A stretch of 59,661 nt of DNA, filler included, from Asterionella formosa (lineage: Eukaryota): NCBI GenBank assembly GCA_002256025.1. It is 7 parts of 7 records of this genome, joined end to end, with 100 filler letters (N's around TTAATTAATTAA, not from the genome) between each part and the next. Parts side by side here need not be neighbours in the genome. Positions count along the whole stretch, not along the records: positions 34,165 to 42,599 come from NKIB01012195.1; positions 42,700 to 51,133 come from NKIB01012196.1; 5 more parts are not named here. The stretch is one strand, 5' to 3'. Of the stretch, positions 34,580 to 47,156 are shown one piece after another. Position numbers and translations under genes: made by a program. The notes beneath the pieces were generated by a model, which saw only the letters and a program-made list of their open reading frames with translations, did not search any database and was not told where the DNA came from. Within the stretch, counting starts at the first letter, position 1; every line of letters starts with the position of its first letter.

Positions 34580-36193
34580 TTATGAAATTCTTGACAGAAG
34601 AGCCTGTTTCATTAAATCAGGAGCTGCGAGAATGAGTGTGAAGATGACAGACAAATGCTCTGCATTTTGGCGTTCATCATCATTACTGCTATTATCATTC
34701 AGCACAATGGATGAGTTCTTTGCCATGGCGGCCAACAAGCAGGGATATAGTCCTCTATGAGATGTGGATGTGAGTGCTGTGGGACATGCACAAACAAGGT
34801 TGTAAACTACTCGACAATCCAATCCTGCTGTGACAGCCCCCCAGGATAAGGCACCATCAGCGTCACCTCCAGCATCTAATAACCATTGTACCAAGGCGCT
34901 CTTTTCTTCGTGATGATCATACCGACAAGCCACAACCAGAGGAGTTTGCCCCTTTCTATTCCGTCTATTGACTTGTCCCCTATCATGTTCCAGTAGTTTG
35001 ATAACAACCTGCAATGGTGCTTTAGTACAAAGTGCTGCATGCAAGAGAGTTTCTTCTTGCGTCGACGATTGCAAGACACGTTTCAGTACATGCCACCAGG
35101 CAGTAACATCTCTACCGGCAGCTAAAGCTAATGGTCTGTATTCCCACGCAGTCACAGCAAGTGCATACCGGCGGTAACATGTGTGAATAGGAAGTTCGGA
35201 ATATCTCGTTGGATAGCATGCTGCTTGAGGAGCCACATCTAACAAGACATCACAAATCTCCGGACACAGGTTGGACCGATCCAACATCATATGGAGGGGA
35301 GTTCTTCCAAGAGAGTCGACTTCTAGGACCGTCTCTGGCGAGGAGCAGAGCAAGCGCAACACGTCAGGGTCGTTGCATCGATGTTCCAGGGCAAATCGCA
35401 AGGGGTACCGCCCAAATTCGTCCTTGATTTGTGTTGCGTTTTGATTTGCGTGGACGAGCAACTGATGTACCGGCAACGGTGCATTGCATTGTAGAGCCAC
35501 CACCAGAGGCGTCACGCCACAAGAGTGCTTCACAACTGACTCCGGCGAAACCTGTACCAAGAGCTGCAGAATCTCCATGTCTGCCGATTGCTCCAGCGCC
35601 ACGTGCAGTGCCGTCCTTCCTTGCGCATTGTCTCTAATAGCAACGTGTGGGTCCACCTGCAGAAGCGCTCGCACCAATGAAAGGATGGGCCCCCCACGAT
35701 ACCTACAAGAAGCTGCCAAGTGCAACGCCGTGTTCCCTCTGTGGTCGGCAACGTGAAGCATCCTCCGCGACTTGAGCAGCGCTTGGACGACCTCCATCGA
35801 AGCGTGGCTGTTGATGGCGATGTGCAGCGCTGTGTGGCCCGTCTTGTCAGGGCTGCATTCAATCCCGAAGCGACAGGCGTCCACCATAATCTCCACAACA
35901 CTCGCCGGCGGATCGTTCGCGCAAGCGGCTGACAAGCAGCTGCGTCCGCGTCTGTCCAGCTCGGTGACTTCTTCTGGGTGTTCCAGGGATCGGATCTTAA
36001 TCTGGTGCCATTGCCGGTCGATATCCAAGCGGGCGGCAGCGCCGTCGACGGAGCAATTGGACAGGTCCGTGATCAACCGATGCAGTGCTCCTCTGAACAT
36101 GCGCTTCTTGCTGGAGGACATTCGGCCCCACGACGAGCTCAGGCGCTTGGAAATCAAGGCGTCAATGTCTCTCATGCTCGTATTTGAGCGCAT
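34580..36193 (-). CDS. Ankyrin-repeat protein
   Basis: Repeated motifs GHTALHIA, GNTALHLA, GRTALHVA, GVTPLVVA, GRTPLHMM, GQTPLVVA; intact 537-aa ORF. Confidence 0.9.
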   Translation of the reverse strand: MRSNTSMRDIDALISKRLSSSWGRMSSSKKRMFRGALHRLITDLSNCSVDGAAARLDIDRQWHQIKIRSLEHPEEVTELDRRGRSCLSAACANDPPASVVEIMVDACRFGIECSPDKTGHTALHIAINSHASMEVVQALLKSRRMLHVADHRGNTALHLAASCRYRGGPILSLVRALLQVDPHVAIRDNAQGRTALHVALEQSADMEILQLLVQVSPESVVKHSCGVTPLVVALQCNAPLPVHQLLVHANQNATQIKDEFGRYPLRFALEHRCNDPDVLRLLCSSPETVLEVDSLGRTPLHMMLDRSNLCPEICDVLLDVAPQAACYPTRYSELPIHTCYRRYALAVTAWEYRPLALAAGRDVTAWWHVLKRVLQSSTQEETLLHAALCTKAPLQVVIKLLEHDRGQVNRRNRKGQTPLVVACRYDHHEEKSALVQWLLDAGGDADGALSWGAVTAGLDCRVVYNLVCACPTALTSTSHRGLYPCLLAAMAKNSSIVLNDNSSNDDERQNAEHLSVIFTLILAAPDLMKQALLSRIS

Positions 36194-37309
36194 CGTGAAA
36201 GTGGAGGGTTATTTATGCTTTCGTATGCCACGGCTCTGACAGTCAAGAGAGTGGAGAGAGCACTGCTGATCTGATTCGATCGTTCTTAGCTCTACAATTA
36301 TTTTTGTTGCTTTGTTACTCATTTACTACTACGACTAAGCAACATACCAGTACTAACAGTGCAAAGGAAGCAGAGGTTCGCATTTGTAGTATTTGTCGCA
36401 TTGTATATTTTGTATTGCGTCAGTCATCTCATTGTTTTCTCGTATATTCGCCGTTGGAATCCACTGGAACATACATAGGATACCGGTAGTTAACGTAAAT
36501 AAGGATCGATTACGACAAAATGATGACTATTTGGTATGACCAGACTTTATGTCAATCACTCTTTATATACCGGTAAATTATTTAGAATAAGAACGAATGG
36601 GTATCAGGTCCCCTATCTGACACCAGGTCCGTGGCTGTATAAAAGATGGGAACAGGCAATACCGGGAAGTAAATGACAACAAAGAACTCTTTATATAGTA
36701 AAAAAGTATTCGTACACCGGTACCCTGGCAGCAAGTACCACAGGGAATTAATTAATGGGAGTGTGATGATTGAGTCGATAACTTTGTCATGGTCTGTTAG
36801 TCTTTTTTACATCATCGTCATAAAGCAGCAGGGTGAAGCGTGGATTCCTCCAGGATTAGGCATATATACATAGGACATCTATTGCTTCTAGTAAAGACCC
36901 GAACCCACGACATGACCACATGTTGGCATGTTCCGTGCAGTAGCGAGTAATAAACACTGAACACAAGGAAACTCAATGCCGGTACGGTAGTTTCATCACG
37001 AGTGACCGTGCTGTTTGAGAATGTGTCTTTGGTTTAGTATGATGATTGGTTCGCGGCCACCGGCCGGTTGTTTGTATCGTTCGTTCGTTTACTGTCATGT
37101 ATATAGCCTTTTCTTTTATTTAGAGCGCATGTCTTTGACGCTTATGTACCGATGGTCCTCGATTCGTCGCCGTTTCACTACGACATTTGTCCAACCACAT
37201 AAAATATTCGTCCCGGTAAATAATGCCTGGGTGTACTGTACAAGGGTTGTATAGTGCTGGTATGGTACTGGTACATAAAGCGAAGGAGGTGAGCGGCGGT
37301 GTGCTATTA

Positions 37310-37453
37310 NNNNNNNNNNNNNNNNNNNNNNNNNNNNNNNNNNNNNNNNNNNNNNNNNNNNNNNNNNNNNNNNNNNNNNNNNNNNNNNNNNNNNNNNNNN
37401 NNNNNNNNNNNNNNNNNNNNNNNNNNNNNNNNNNNNNNNNNNNNNNNNNNNNN
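37310..37453. other. Internal assembly gap (144 N, no linker)
   Basis: N run lacking the TTAATTAATTAA spacer, so probably a genuine within-scaffold gap. Confidence 0.9.
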
Positions 37454-38068
37454 GGCACTTACTACATACCTTTTTTGGAGAAGTGGCACAACTGGGGTTA
37501 GGGTTAAAGTATTGGTATCGTCGTCGGTAGCGTTCCTGCACGCTCTAAGGCATGTTTGATGCCGACGGCAAAAGAATGTACTATTTGAGGATACAACGTA
37601 TGTACCGCTATGTGATGGACGAGAGAATGCATCAACTGTCAAGAACTTTACTTCAAAGCGGGCAATAGTATCTGCCGGTAGTCAGAGTGGAGGTGCCTCA
37701 ACTTCCTATTCCATGTTTCAAATCAAATCATCAATAAAATCTCACCTGCTTTTAGGTTTGGTACCGGTAGTCTACTGATGTGGCTGACATGACATGAAAG
37801 AAATCGAACCTATAGTTGTATCTTGCATCGACGAGTCCATTACTACACCCACTGCAAATAAGTCAGAAAAGAACCAGTTGCTTGCTTTACAATCGACAAA
37901 ACAATTAAATAAGTTTTCTAGAGAACGTAAACTCGTCCTTCACTAAGACTTTTCCGATTTGGTATCTAGTTTCAGCAAAATTTGGGGTACAACTAAATCT
38001 AATTTTTTCATTTGAATTCTCTATATGCCATTTAAACATGTACACAGAAACAGTCACACATTCGAATC

Positions 38069-41000
38069 TCATATTTGAGAAAGACTGTGTTTTGTGGCTT
38101 TGCCAACGTTAATTCGCCGGACACGGGTGGCAAGACGAAGAGCGCATGCAGTTTCCTGTGCGTGCCTTGGGTCTGAACTTACTGTCACCAACATCATCAC
38201 TTTGGTGTCAGCTTCCAAGCTGTCCCGAAGTAGGTGGGTCAATGTTGAGTTGCGGTAAGGTACCGTTCTTGTGAATTGAGAACGGGCGTTAATAACCTCG
38301 CTGAATGTCGACAACGATTTCTGGACATACTTCAACTCGTTCTTGTTATCTATTCCAACAAGGGGACCTTCTGTTGAGACGGTTGACTTGCTTTTGGTTC
38401 CGCTTGGTGGTCGGCGAGGAGTGAGGTCGAGGTCTGCACCAGCCAAGTCCACAAACTGGATTTTGCCAACAGTGCCGATTCCAGTAGCAATGTTTGTAGA
38501 AACTACCTTGAACGTTGCAATGACATGGCTTGCCGCTTCGTATTCACCTATATCCATGCCAAGTTCTTGAAGTCGGTCGGCTCTCAGACTGAGCGCTTCC
38601 TTCCAAACATTAAGAACTTCTTCAAAGGTCGAAACAGGCATGGAGACAAGACCTTGCACCACTGTGTCACCGTCGTTGCTCGTCCGGATTTCAAGTTTGT
38701 TTGGTTTACTGCTGTCGTGCGTAGATGTTCCAATCTCATCAGAGTTGCCTCGAAAGTGTTTCGACCCACGGCTTTCCCTTCTATTGCGATTGCCAGCATT
38801 GTCAAGCTGGATCCTTCCTAGCGAACCACCAATCTCAGTACCGGCGACTAAGTCGCATAGACGCTCGTCGTTAACCTCGACAAGGGTCATAAAGAAAACA
38901 TCTTGGTAGCGTTCACTGCGATGCTCAGCTACGTCAAACAATTGCTTTGCTCCTAGCAAATGTATGCCGTAGTTCTCAATCTCAACAGTAGGAGCACAGA
39001 AATCTGAAATCGTGTAGCTTATGTCGCCAATCATACTATGCGTCTTGCCACTGCCTGTTTGACCAAATGCCATCAAGCAGATATTATAGCCATCCAAAAC
39101 GTTGAGAACAAGCTCCTCGAGTTCTCCATAGACATCTGTCTGGTCCATCTGTGGATCAAAGATGCGGTCGAATTCAAAAGCCATTGGTGGAAGGTCTTGT
39201 GTGCCTTGAAGCTTTTCTCTATGGAAAAGAAGCATTTCTCGAGAAGGTGTCGAAAGTATGCTTTCAAACTTTGGAGTTGCACCATCTTGAGGAACGAGGG
39301 GACGCGGTCGACAATACACCCTGACTGCCCCTCGAAGGTCTTGAACCTCGTGAAGCAGTTTTCGGCGTGTTGAACTCTCAAGAGCTAGCTTTGCTCTCAG
39401 GCGAGATACTTCAGACTCAGAAGCTTCTAATGCTTGTGCTACTTGTGCAGCCCATACTTTGGAAGCTTCTGGCAATGAAATTAATTCATCCGTGGTAGTT
39501 CGTTTCAAGAGCTCAAATTGCAATTTGACCGCAGAGAATTCGGCACTCAATTTTTGCACCTCCTCAGCTGGCAATGTCTCCAAAACACTGGATCCGCTCT
39601 CATTGATTTCAAGTTCAACGCAGTCACTACTTGATGATTGCACGTCGCTAGGAAGCAATGATTGCGATGAGAAGGTTACTTTTGAATCCAACATCCGCTT
39701 TTTCTTTCCACCAAAAGTCAGTCCTTTCTTCAGATTTCTTCCGTTTGACCGGCTTCCATCCATGGTACTAAAAACGGCAAGTTAATGTGAGAACACTCAT
39801 GAATCACAAATAAAATTGCTCGGGGAAACGAAATCAAACACTTACACTTCCGAAAGCTCATCTTGTAGACTCTTGGCCTCTTCATTTCGCGATAACAAGT
39901 CCCTACGTGTACCGTCAAGCTCAATTTCTAACGATCTGTTTCTCTCCATTGCTGATTCAATAGCTTCTCGCTGATGAATTTCTGAAAAAGCAAGACGTTG
40001 CTTGAGTTGACCCATTAGCGTCGCCGCCTTTCTACGTTCACACTCCAATTCCTCTGCCATGGACGCTCGTTGCACCTCCGCTGCAGCCGCTCTCGTTTGC
40101 AAGGCTCCTGCATCTTCTTCAGCAGCTTCCGCTTGTCGCCTCCAAAACGAAGCCGTTCGCCGTTCTCCAGCCAAACGTTCTTCGGCAAGTCTAGCTTTCG
40201 CCATGGCCTCTGCAGATTTCTTTTGTGCGAGCGCCGCTGCTTCTGCGGCCTTGTGAGTGACAGTACTGTTCCAGTCCTTACTACTACTATTTTCGGCACT
40301 TTGAATGGCTTGCTCTGCAACTTTAACAGCGCGCGACGCTTCGGCTCGGCTTGCTTCCAGTTCTGCTCGAAGTTCTGTAAGTGCGAGATGAAGCTCCTCT
40401 ACAATTTCTTGGTCGAACCCAATGCCGGTGAGTGACGAAACGACAGTTCCGTCTTCTGCACCCATTTCATCTGGATTGAAACCGCTGATAATCACTTTTT
40501 GTGAATTGGGACTGATCACATCAGATTTAACTGGAATGGAGATGATATTGGTTTGCGATCGCTGGATTTGGTTGCGGGACTTTTTATTCGACTCAATTTC
40601 CGCCGACGACTGTTTTCCTGTGGAAGGCGTTTGCTCCTCGAATTCAATTTCCATGTTTTCTGCCACCGCCGAGGACGCAGCTGATCCCAGCACTGTTGTT
40701 CCTGTTTTGTGGCTCAAAGCACGCTTTGACAGGGCATCCATATCTGGAGAGGAATGTGCTGCGGAATGCTTGGTAATGTTGGGTGGAGATTTGGGCCCGC
40801 CGTCGGCAGTCGCGGCACTGCCAAAGCCTTCCGAGTCCGAATCGAGAGGGATTCCTAGAAACGTGGCAAACGCACTAGCAAATTTGTCTCGATCTATTCG
40901 GGTTGGTGCTTCAATGTCTAGTGATGGATGATTTGCGTCATTGGTAGTCAACGATAGTAGACGCGAGGCTGGGTGGGCATTACGTCGTGTTCGCTCTGTT

Positions 41001-41998
41001 GTCTTCCCCTTTTTCACTCCTGTGAATCTGGCCAGCGGTACTCGGCAATCCTTCTTTTTGCCCCATACCAGAAACTTCCGTTGTTTGCCGTCTTCGTTGG
41101 ATGTCACTGATTTGTCCGATCGCGCTCGTCGCGAGAATGATGCTCGCACCATGCTCCCGACCGACCTGTTGCCTACGGACTCTTCTCCATCGTCCAAAAC
41201 GATACACTTGACGTATCGCAAGTTCGACTTTCCGCTCTGGTTGATTTTCCGAATGGCAACTCCGTACGCGTCTTCGCACAACCGCTGCTCAAAGAGCGCT
41301 TGCTCTTGCTTCTCTAGGTTTGACTTGGTCGTCCACTGAAAGTCCCCCGCCGTCTGCGGCAGTGGGTCCCCCGACGCCATGCTCCGAGCCGACTTGGTCG
41401 ATACATTACTGCTGATCCTGCTCGGCGACGCCGCCGAGTTGCGCGGGGGTCGTTCGTCCAGGGATGGTCTGAGCTGAGACTTTGACGACGGATCTGACTT
41501 CGCAGGTCTCGGTGGAGCTGCTGTTCTCATGCTTCTTCTCCCGGTGGGCTTGCTTGTTGCGACCGGAGGCACTGCCCTGTCTGCTGCGGGATGGTTCGTA
41601 TCTGTTCTCGGCGTCAATGCGCTTCTCGTGGCAGTCGTTTTCGTTCCGCTGGGATTCATCAACAATGGGGCAATGCTGAGCTCGGTGCCTCCGCCTTCCA
41701 CACCTTGCGCCGCTGTACTAACGGGTTCTACTGTACTAGTACTACCGGTAGTAGTACTGGTACCGACAGCACCACTTCCGGTACCTGCGCTGTGCTTCCA
41801 CTCAAACGCGCCCGGCGACTCCCCTTTCACCTCCGGGGTACGGTACGTTTCGAGTTCGATCTCGTTCTCGTCGACTTCTCGCCGATCCGGAGAGAGCACT
41901 GGATCTCTATCGTCGGTTTCTGCTATCAGGTCGAGGAGGTCTACTACTGCTGCTGCTGCTAGAGGAGGAGTGGGCGATGATGCAATGCAATGGTTCAT
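38069..41998 (-). CDS. Kinesin-14-like protein (disordered N-terminus, PH-like domain, coiled coil, C-terminal motor); exons 41998-39846 and 39767-38069
   Basis: Neck RRKLLHEVQDLRGAVRVYCRPRP, FEFDRIF, P-loop GQTGSGKT, VPYRNSTLTHLLRDSL. A GTAAG...TTTAG intron at 39845-39768 fuses the two ORFs in frame (3852 nt). The start ATG is inferred. Confidence 0.88.
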
Positions 41999-42699
41999 GA
42001 GGCAACAGTCAAGCAAAGTGAGGACATTAGTGTGTGACGGCAATGCCAAAAGGTAAAGTGAGCCGATATTTGAACAAGACTGAAGGCGCCTGCCGGTGTC
42101 GTTTCAAACGTCGAGTACGCCGGCTGAACTTGCAAGGTTTCCCGATCACATAATTCCTTGGGTGTATTGGAGACAAAACGATAAATCGCCGAATTACGCC
42201 GTACTCAATACTGGTGCATACTAACTGTAGGTTCAACTGTATGTACCGGTATACTGGTAACAGTTTTGCTACTTATGTCCAAAGTACGCACTATTTTTTC
42301 TTCAGTATCAAGTCTTGTGCCCCATTAGCGGTACTTGCGATCCAAATCCAGGTACCAGGTACCTACTATGATGACTGACTGTTTGACCAGTAGGTAGCCA
42401 CTCCAGCACGTTTTTACAAATAATACATAATATACGTGTTGGTTTTGATGATGATGTACCTGCGATGTAAGATTTTACCTATGAATCCCCTAGAGGAATT
42501 GAATTCTACATTCATGTATGTACTGGTAATCCGAACTCCACTGGTGGGGAGGGAGGGGGCTGCGAATGAATGCTGACTCGGGATGATTTTACCTGTTGTN
42601 NNNNNNNNNNNNNNNNNNNNNNNNNNNNNNNNNNNNNNNNNNNTTAATTAATTAANNNNNNNNNNNNNNNNNNNNNNNNNNNNNNNNNNNNNNNNNNNN

Positions 42700-43359
42700 T
42701 TCCTTCTCATTGTAACTGTAACTGCATGCATAGGACAATAAAAACAATCAAACAACGGAATAGTCGGCAAGTTCAGAATGACACTTACAGCAGGGAAAGA
42801 GACGCAGCATCAGTAAGGCACTGCCTCGCACACGATTCAGATCAGAGGAAGAAAGAGCAAGAAAGGAATATACATTGAGCCGAGTAGAGAGAGAAACGTT
42901 GGGTCGCTGGCATGTAGATTAATAGATAGCATTGCTTAACTTGATATTTAAATTACGATCCATTTTAATCTATTTTGAACAATGCTTGTGATTAGAATTA
43001 TGATCATGTTTACGATAGATTTACGATGAAACAATTCACATGATAGCATAGAGTTGAGCTGGTTTTAGGATACGTTGTAGTTATAATTTATATCGGGCAA
43101 TCACGAGAAGTGAAAATAAAATGAGAAGGTTTATGATATTGATGGGAAATGTTGTTGATCAGTTTATATACATTGTGTGATGATAATGTTCTTATTATCA
43201 TCATACTTCAAGGTCGGTAACATATTAATAAATCATCATAGATACAAGATACCTTGATCATATTTTTGATCCAAAAATTATCATATATACGAAAATCCTG
43301 TGCCACTTTGCGTACGATACCCATGATCATATTTTCATGATATTTTTTATTTACAGACG
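42700..43359 (-). mobile_element. Third copy of the C(A/G)TCTG-terminus element
   Basis: 43200-43359 matches 7205-7364 and ends TTTTATTTACAGACG. 42700-42770 recurs at ~45558-45623. Confidence 0.65.
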
Positions 43360-43429
43360 CATGATGGCGCAAAAAAAGACAATGAGCAAAAGTGCCAATG
43401 AATCAAAGCCGCTTCTGGATAAAATATAT

Positions 43430-43830
43430 GCAAGGTGAAAAAATCAAGGCACACTTAGAAAGCCTTGAGTGTGGCTTTGTCAATGCCAGGCAGGAAAAAC
43501 TAGACAACATCCCCTTCCAAACATATTGCATGAAGGAACCAGGCTAAATGATGTCTCTAATGTCTAAATAAGGGAATTTAGAGCCAATTGGCAAGGTTTC
43601 AATGAGAGAGGGGGTTACAATGAACTAATCAACAAAAAAGTTTACATATACTGAGCTTATCCACAACCACTACAAGTTTTGGCATGTTGTTGACAACCAT
43701 CATGCCAAGAGGCATTCCCCAATCAGTTTTAAGGTGGTTTGGGCGATTAAGTGATGAACAAATAGAGTGTTTGCATTAATCCTGTCAGTCACAGAAGGAA
43801 ATGCCATACTGGTGTGATATAAGCACTTCT
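43430..43830 (+). pseudogene. piggyBac-like transposase remnant
   Basis: Hand translation gives FQTYCMKEP and FTYTELIHNHYKFWHVVDNHHAKRHSPISFKVVWA...NRVFALILSVTEGNA, resembling the C-terminal catalytic region of piggyBac-type transposases. Contains stops. Confidence 0.6.
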
Positions 43831-45955
43831 GAAAGAAGGAGGTTGACAAATATATCATCCTCAAGCTTCTTCACAGGCAGGAGTTTGTATATTAGTGACA
43901 GCCATATCTAATTCATCCAAATTGAACCAATTTTTCATGGATTCTGGGTTGCTTCCCATATACCGGTGCCCATGAAACTTTATACTTCTTGAATTTGAAA
44001 ACATGATTCATCACAGCTTCTGTTACATACACAAATGACAAACTTGAATAAGTCAACAATAACCAAGAGAGGAGGGGGGTGCAGGGCTGTGAAGCGGTGT
44101 TCAGCAACAAATTCTCATCGCAGGAACTATATTATATATTTTTCTTGTGATTTCATAATAATTATAATGAAACGTTGTAATCCGTCTCCCCTGCAGAACA
44201 TAAATTAATTCTATGGTATTAAGATATTTTAATGTACCGCTAGGAACCTCTATGATGGATAAATGCGTCATTATAAAAATTCATATCTTCTGTTGTCGAT
44301 GGAATCTGGTTGAATCGTTCTTTGTCCAATCATAATCCCCCACCTCTCGCTAACATCTGGAGCACCCTCAGATGATTGAAATGAATACCGGTATTTCAGT
44401 GTTTAGTCGTACTAATCGATCGACCGTACCGGTAGTGAAATAGAGGTTCAAAGCAGTTTTTAGGTGGTCCCAGGTACCAGGTACAGAGTAGTATTTTCCA
44501 CATTTTTCTTGATGTAGTATTTCCTCATCTGTACGACCAGTACCTGGTACCAGGTACCAGTACTCAACACTTTACACATTTCCCAACGGAGGTGGTATGT
44601 ATAGGCGCGCATGTGGATCTTCTTTCGAAACAAGAATCTTTTCGACACCACGACTTAACAATTGAATCGCTTTTTTGCTGTGGTGGTATGCAGGAATAGC
44701 TATAGCCATCACGGCAAATGTCGAGTACTATTAGTGCTGTCCCGTCACATGTAAAATATTGGATTTAGCGAGTACCAATGTTATAAATATCAGTATTTTC
44801 GAATTATGTATATGCGAGTATGATCATCTCAACCATATCAGATGTTACATATCGAGAGCGCCTTTGAATTATATAAAATGTATAACACTTAATATATATA
44901 TATATATATATATTTACAAATTTTATTGTTATATTCATGGCCAATATATTTTTCAAATCGTTCTGTCATGTTAACAAACAATGCCTGCTGCTTCATGAAA
45001 AGATACGTCGTAGTAAAGCACATGACAAGAAAAGAAAATTTTTGCAATACATAACGAAAAACATTGTGACTTCGATACATTGCGCCTTCGAAGGATGGAG
45101 AATGTTGAAGGTAATGAAGCCATCAATGTGCGTGGTACTTGGATGACAATCGTTGGGAGGCAGGCAGGCAGCACAACAACAAATTGTTAACTAAATGCAG
45201 CCACATTTCCTTTTTTCTCAGTTGATTCAACAGCTCGTTTCGCTTGTTGGGGAGCACCAATGTAAAACAAACCAAATTGCGTAAGTGCTCTTGTCGCTCG
45301 TTGGACCTATTCATTTCTGTTGGAATAAAGCTGACAAAACGTTGACCTTCTCTCAAAGTTAAGATGACAAAAATGTACCGGTAAGTTTTATTCAACAACA
45401 TTGGATACCCAAAACTTACTTATTCAAGAATTTACTGACAAGCTACTATTACAGACTTATGCATCAGTTGCATTGATTTGTGGTAAGTGAAGCAAGAGGA
45501 TATGATGGAATTGCGTGTCGTTGTTTCAATGTAACATGACTACTAGCTAACAAATCATTCCTTCTCATAGTTTCTGTAACTGCATAGGACCATAAAACCA
45601 ATCAAACAACGAAATGGTCGGCGAAAAATGCTAGTATGGCTTGTCAGCTCACGCATTGTTGTTGACAACAGGCAGGGACAATGATGTTCGGAATGAACGT
45701 TGTTCTGGTAAGATTACTGCGCTATTTTGACGGCTATATGAGCAACGCTACTGATAACTCACACTGATCTTCCTCTACATTCAATTGACATTGCAGCAAA
45801 CCCTTTCAGTGCAGGAGCATTCGCATGCCGTTCCGAATGAGCAGGCTTTATTTCATTAATGAAACTCTTTAATTTAGTTGAATGAACTCCAGAAAATTAC
45901 GTAAACAAATGTTACATATTAAGTGAAGTTTATTCTAGAATTATGTGAACGAAAT

Positions 45956-46211
45956 TACAGAATTACGTGAAGTATTTCAAATAATTATGTGAAGTATTTC
46001 AAATAATTATGTGAAGGTGATCACATAATATAGTGATGATCAGGATTGAATGCATGATACTTTGATCAAATATTTAACGTGATGTATTCAGATAATATAT
46101 AGATATATTCAACTACGTATTTTGATGTATTCAACTAATTCATGTGATGCATTCAAAATCAACTATGCTTATTTATGTGATGGTCACTTCACGTAATACG
46201 CGGCTTAGATG
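45956..46211 (-). mobile_element. Second CATCTAAGCCGCG element end
   Basis: Reverse complement of 33743-34064, with two rather than five full 22-bp repeats. Confidence 0.75.
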
Positions 46212-46946
46212 AAGGGTCCACATCTTACCCTCCAGCGAGATAGGAACCCAGATATAACTTTAGCTAGGTGAAACCTGGTCTATCATCAAGCTCCCACATT
46301 CTATCTCCCTCCAGCAGGATCATGTCCAACCTGGTCTGAAACCTGTGCCTCCAACCGAGCATATCACCAGAGTGATTCAGCATACCATCAGAGTGATTCC
46401 GCAAGGCAAAGACGACGAAGATAGTTCCTTTCTCTCAGAGGATGTTCCTTCTTTGGAATTTCTCAAGTCTGTTCAGAAATCAAGTGTGAAGGAGGTGCCT
46501 GCGATCGACAAGAAGGATAATGAGGTCACGAAGGGTAGACTTCTTATTCTCCAGAAGGATCATGTCAAACCGGTACCCAAACCTGTGCCTCCAACAAAGC
46601 ACACCAACAAGCTGAATTCACAAAGCCAAGACGAAGATAGTTCCAAGGTCTCCGAGAATGGTCCTTCTTTGGAATTTCTCAAATCTGTTGAAAAATCTGT
46701 CGAAATATTCTATTCTCTCTGAGAATGTTTCCATCCCAGGAAAAGTTCTCATCCATGTCCCTACCGATGGAGAGAATCTTTTACGTTCTCCATCTACAAC
46801 CCCAGCCATCCTCCTCTGAAACCTCGTCTTCTACTGTGTCCTCAAATAGTTGTGAAACCTCTACTGGTGGTGAAAAATCGGATTCCAAGTTAGATGAGGA
46901 GGACCAGTCCAAAGTGATTGATTCTGACTATGAATCTGCATTATGA
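46212..46946 (+). pseudogene. 3' part of an unknown, internally duplicated ORF convergent with the Plavaka-type transposase
   Basis: Duplicated blocks KPVPPT...DEDSS...PSLEFLKSV; frameshift near 46720; cut at the 5' side by the element ending at 46211. Confidence 0.45.
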
Positions 46947-47156
46947 GTAAATGAGTGAATGCTTAGCATCTCCTACTACCTTACTAATGAATCAAGGAGA
47001 TTAATGATTTCTATAAAAATTGATAATTGTATGTTACCTTACTTCCCTTGTTTGTTGGTTTTGTAGTATTATTAATCATTTCCACATCTTTAACTACAAA
47101 TTTTTTCTTAAGATTTCTTTCATAGATTGCTTTATGCAATCGGATCATCCAGCAAA

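Noticed and set aside
37121..37547. Possible MITE bounded by TA-GAGCG...CGCTC-TA, containing GGGGTTAGGGTTA
   Set aside because: Only 5 bp of inverted match beyond TA, and the interior is partly N. The telomere-like stretch is only two units.
26514..41998. Cytoskeletal motor cluster (myosin, ankyrin, kinesin)
   Set aside because: Myosin is on a different scaffold from the ankyrin and kinesin genes.
33743..46211. Apparent 12.5-kb composite transposon: long inverted repeats flanking the ankyrin and kinesin genes
   Set aside because: The two repeats are on different size-sorted scaffolds separated by two artificial linkers, and there is no TSD (flanks CCA and AAG).
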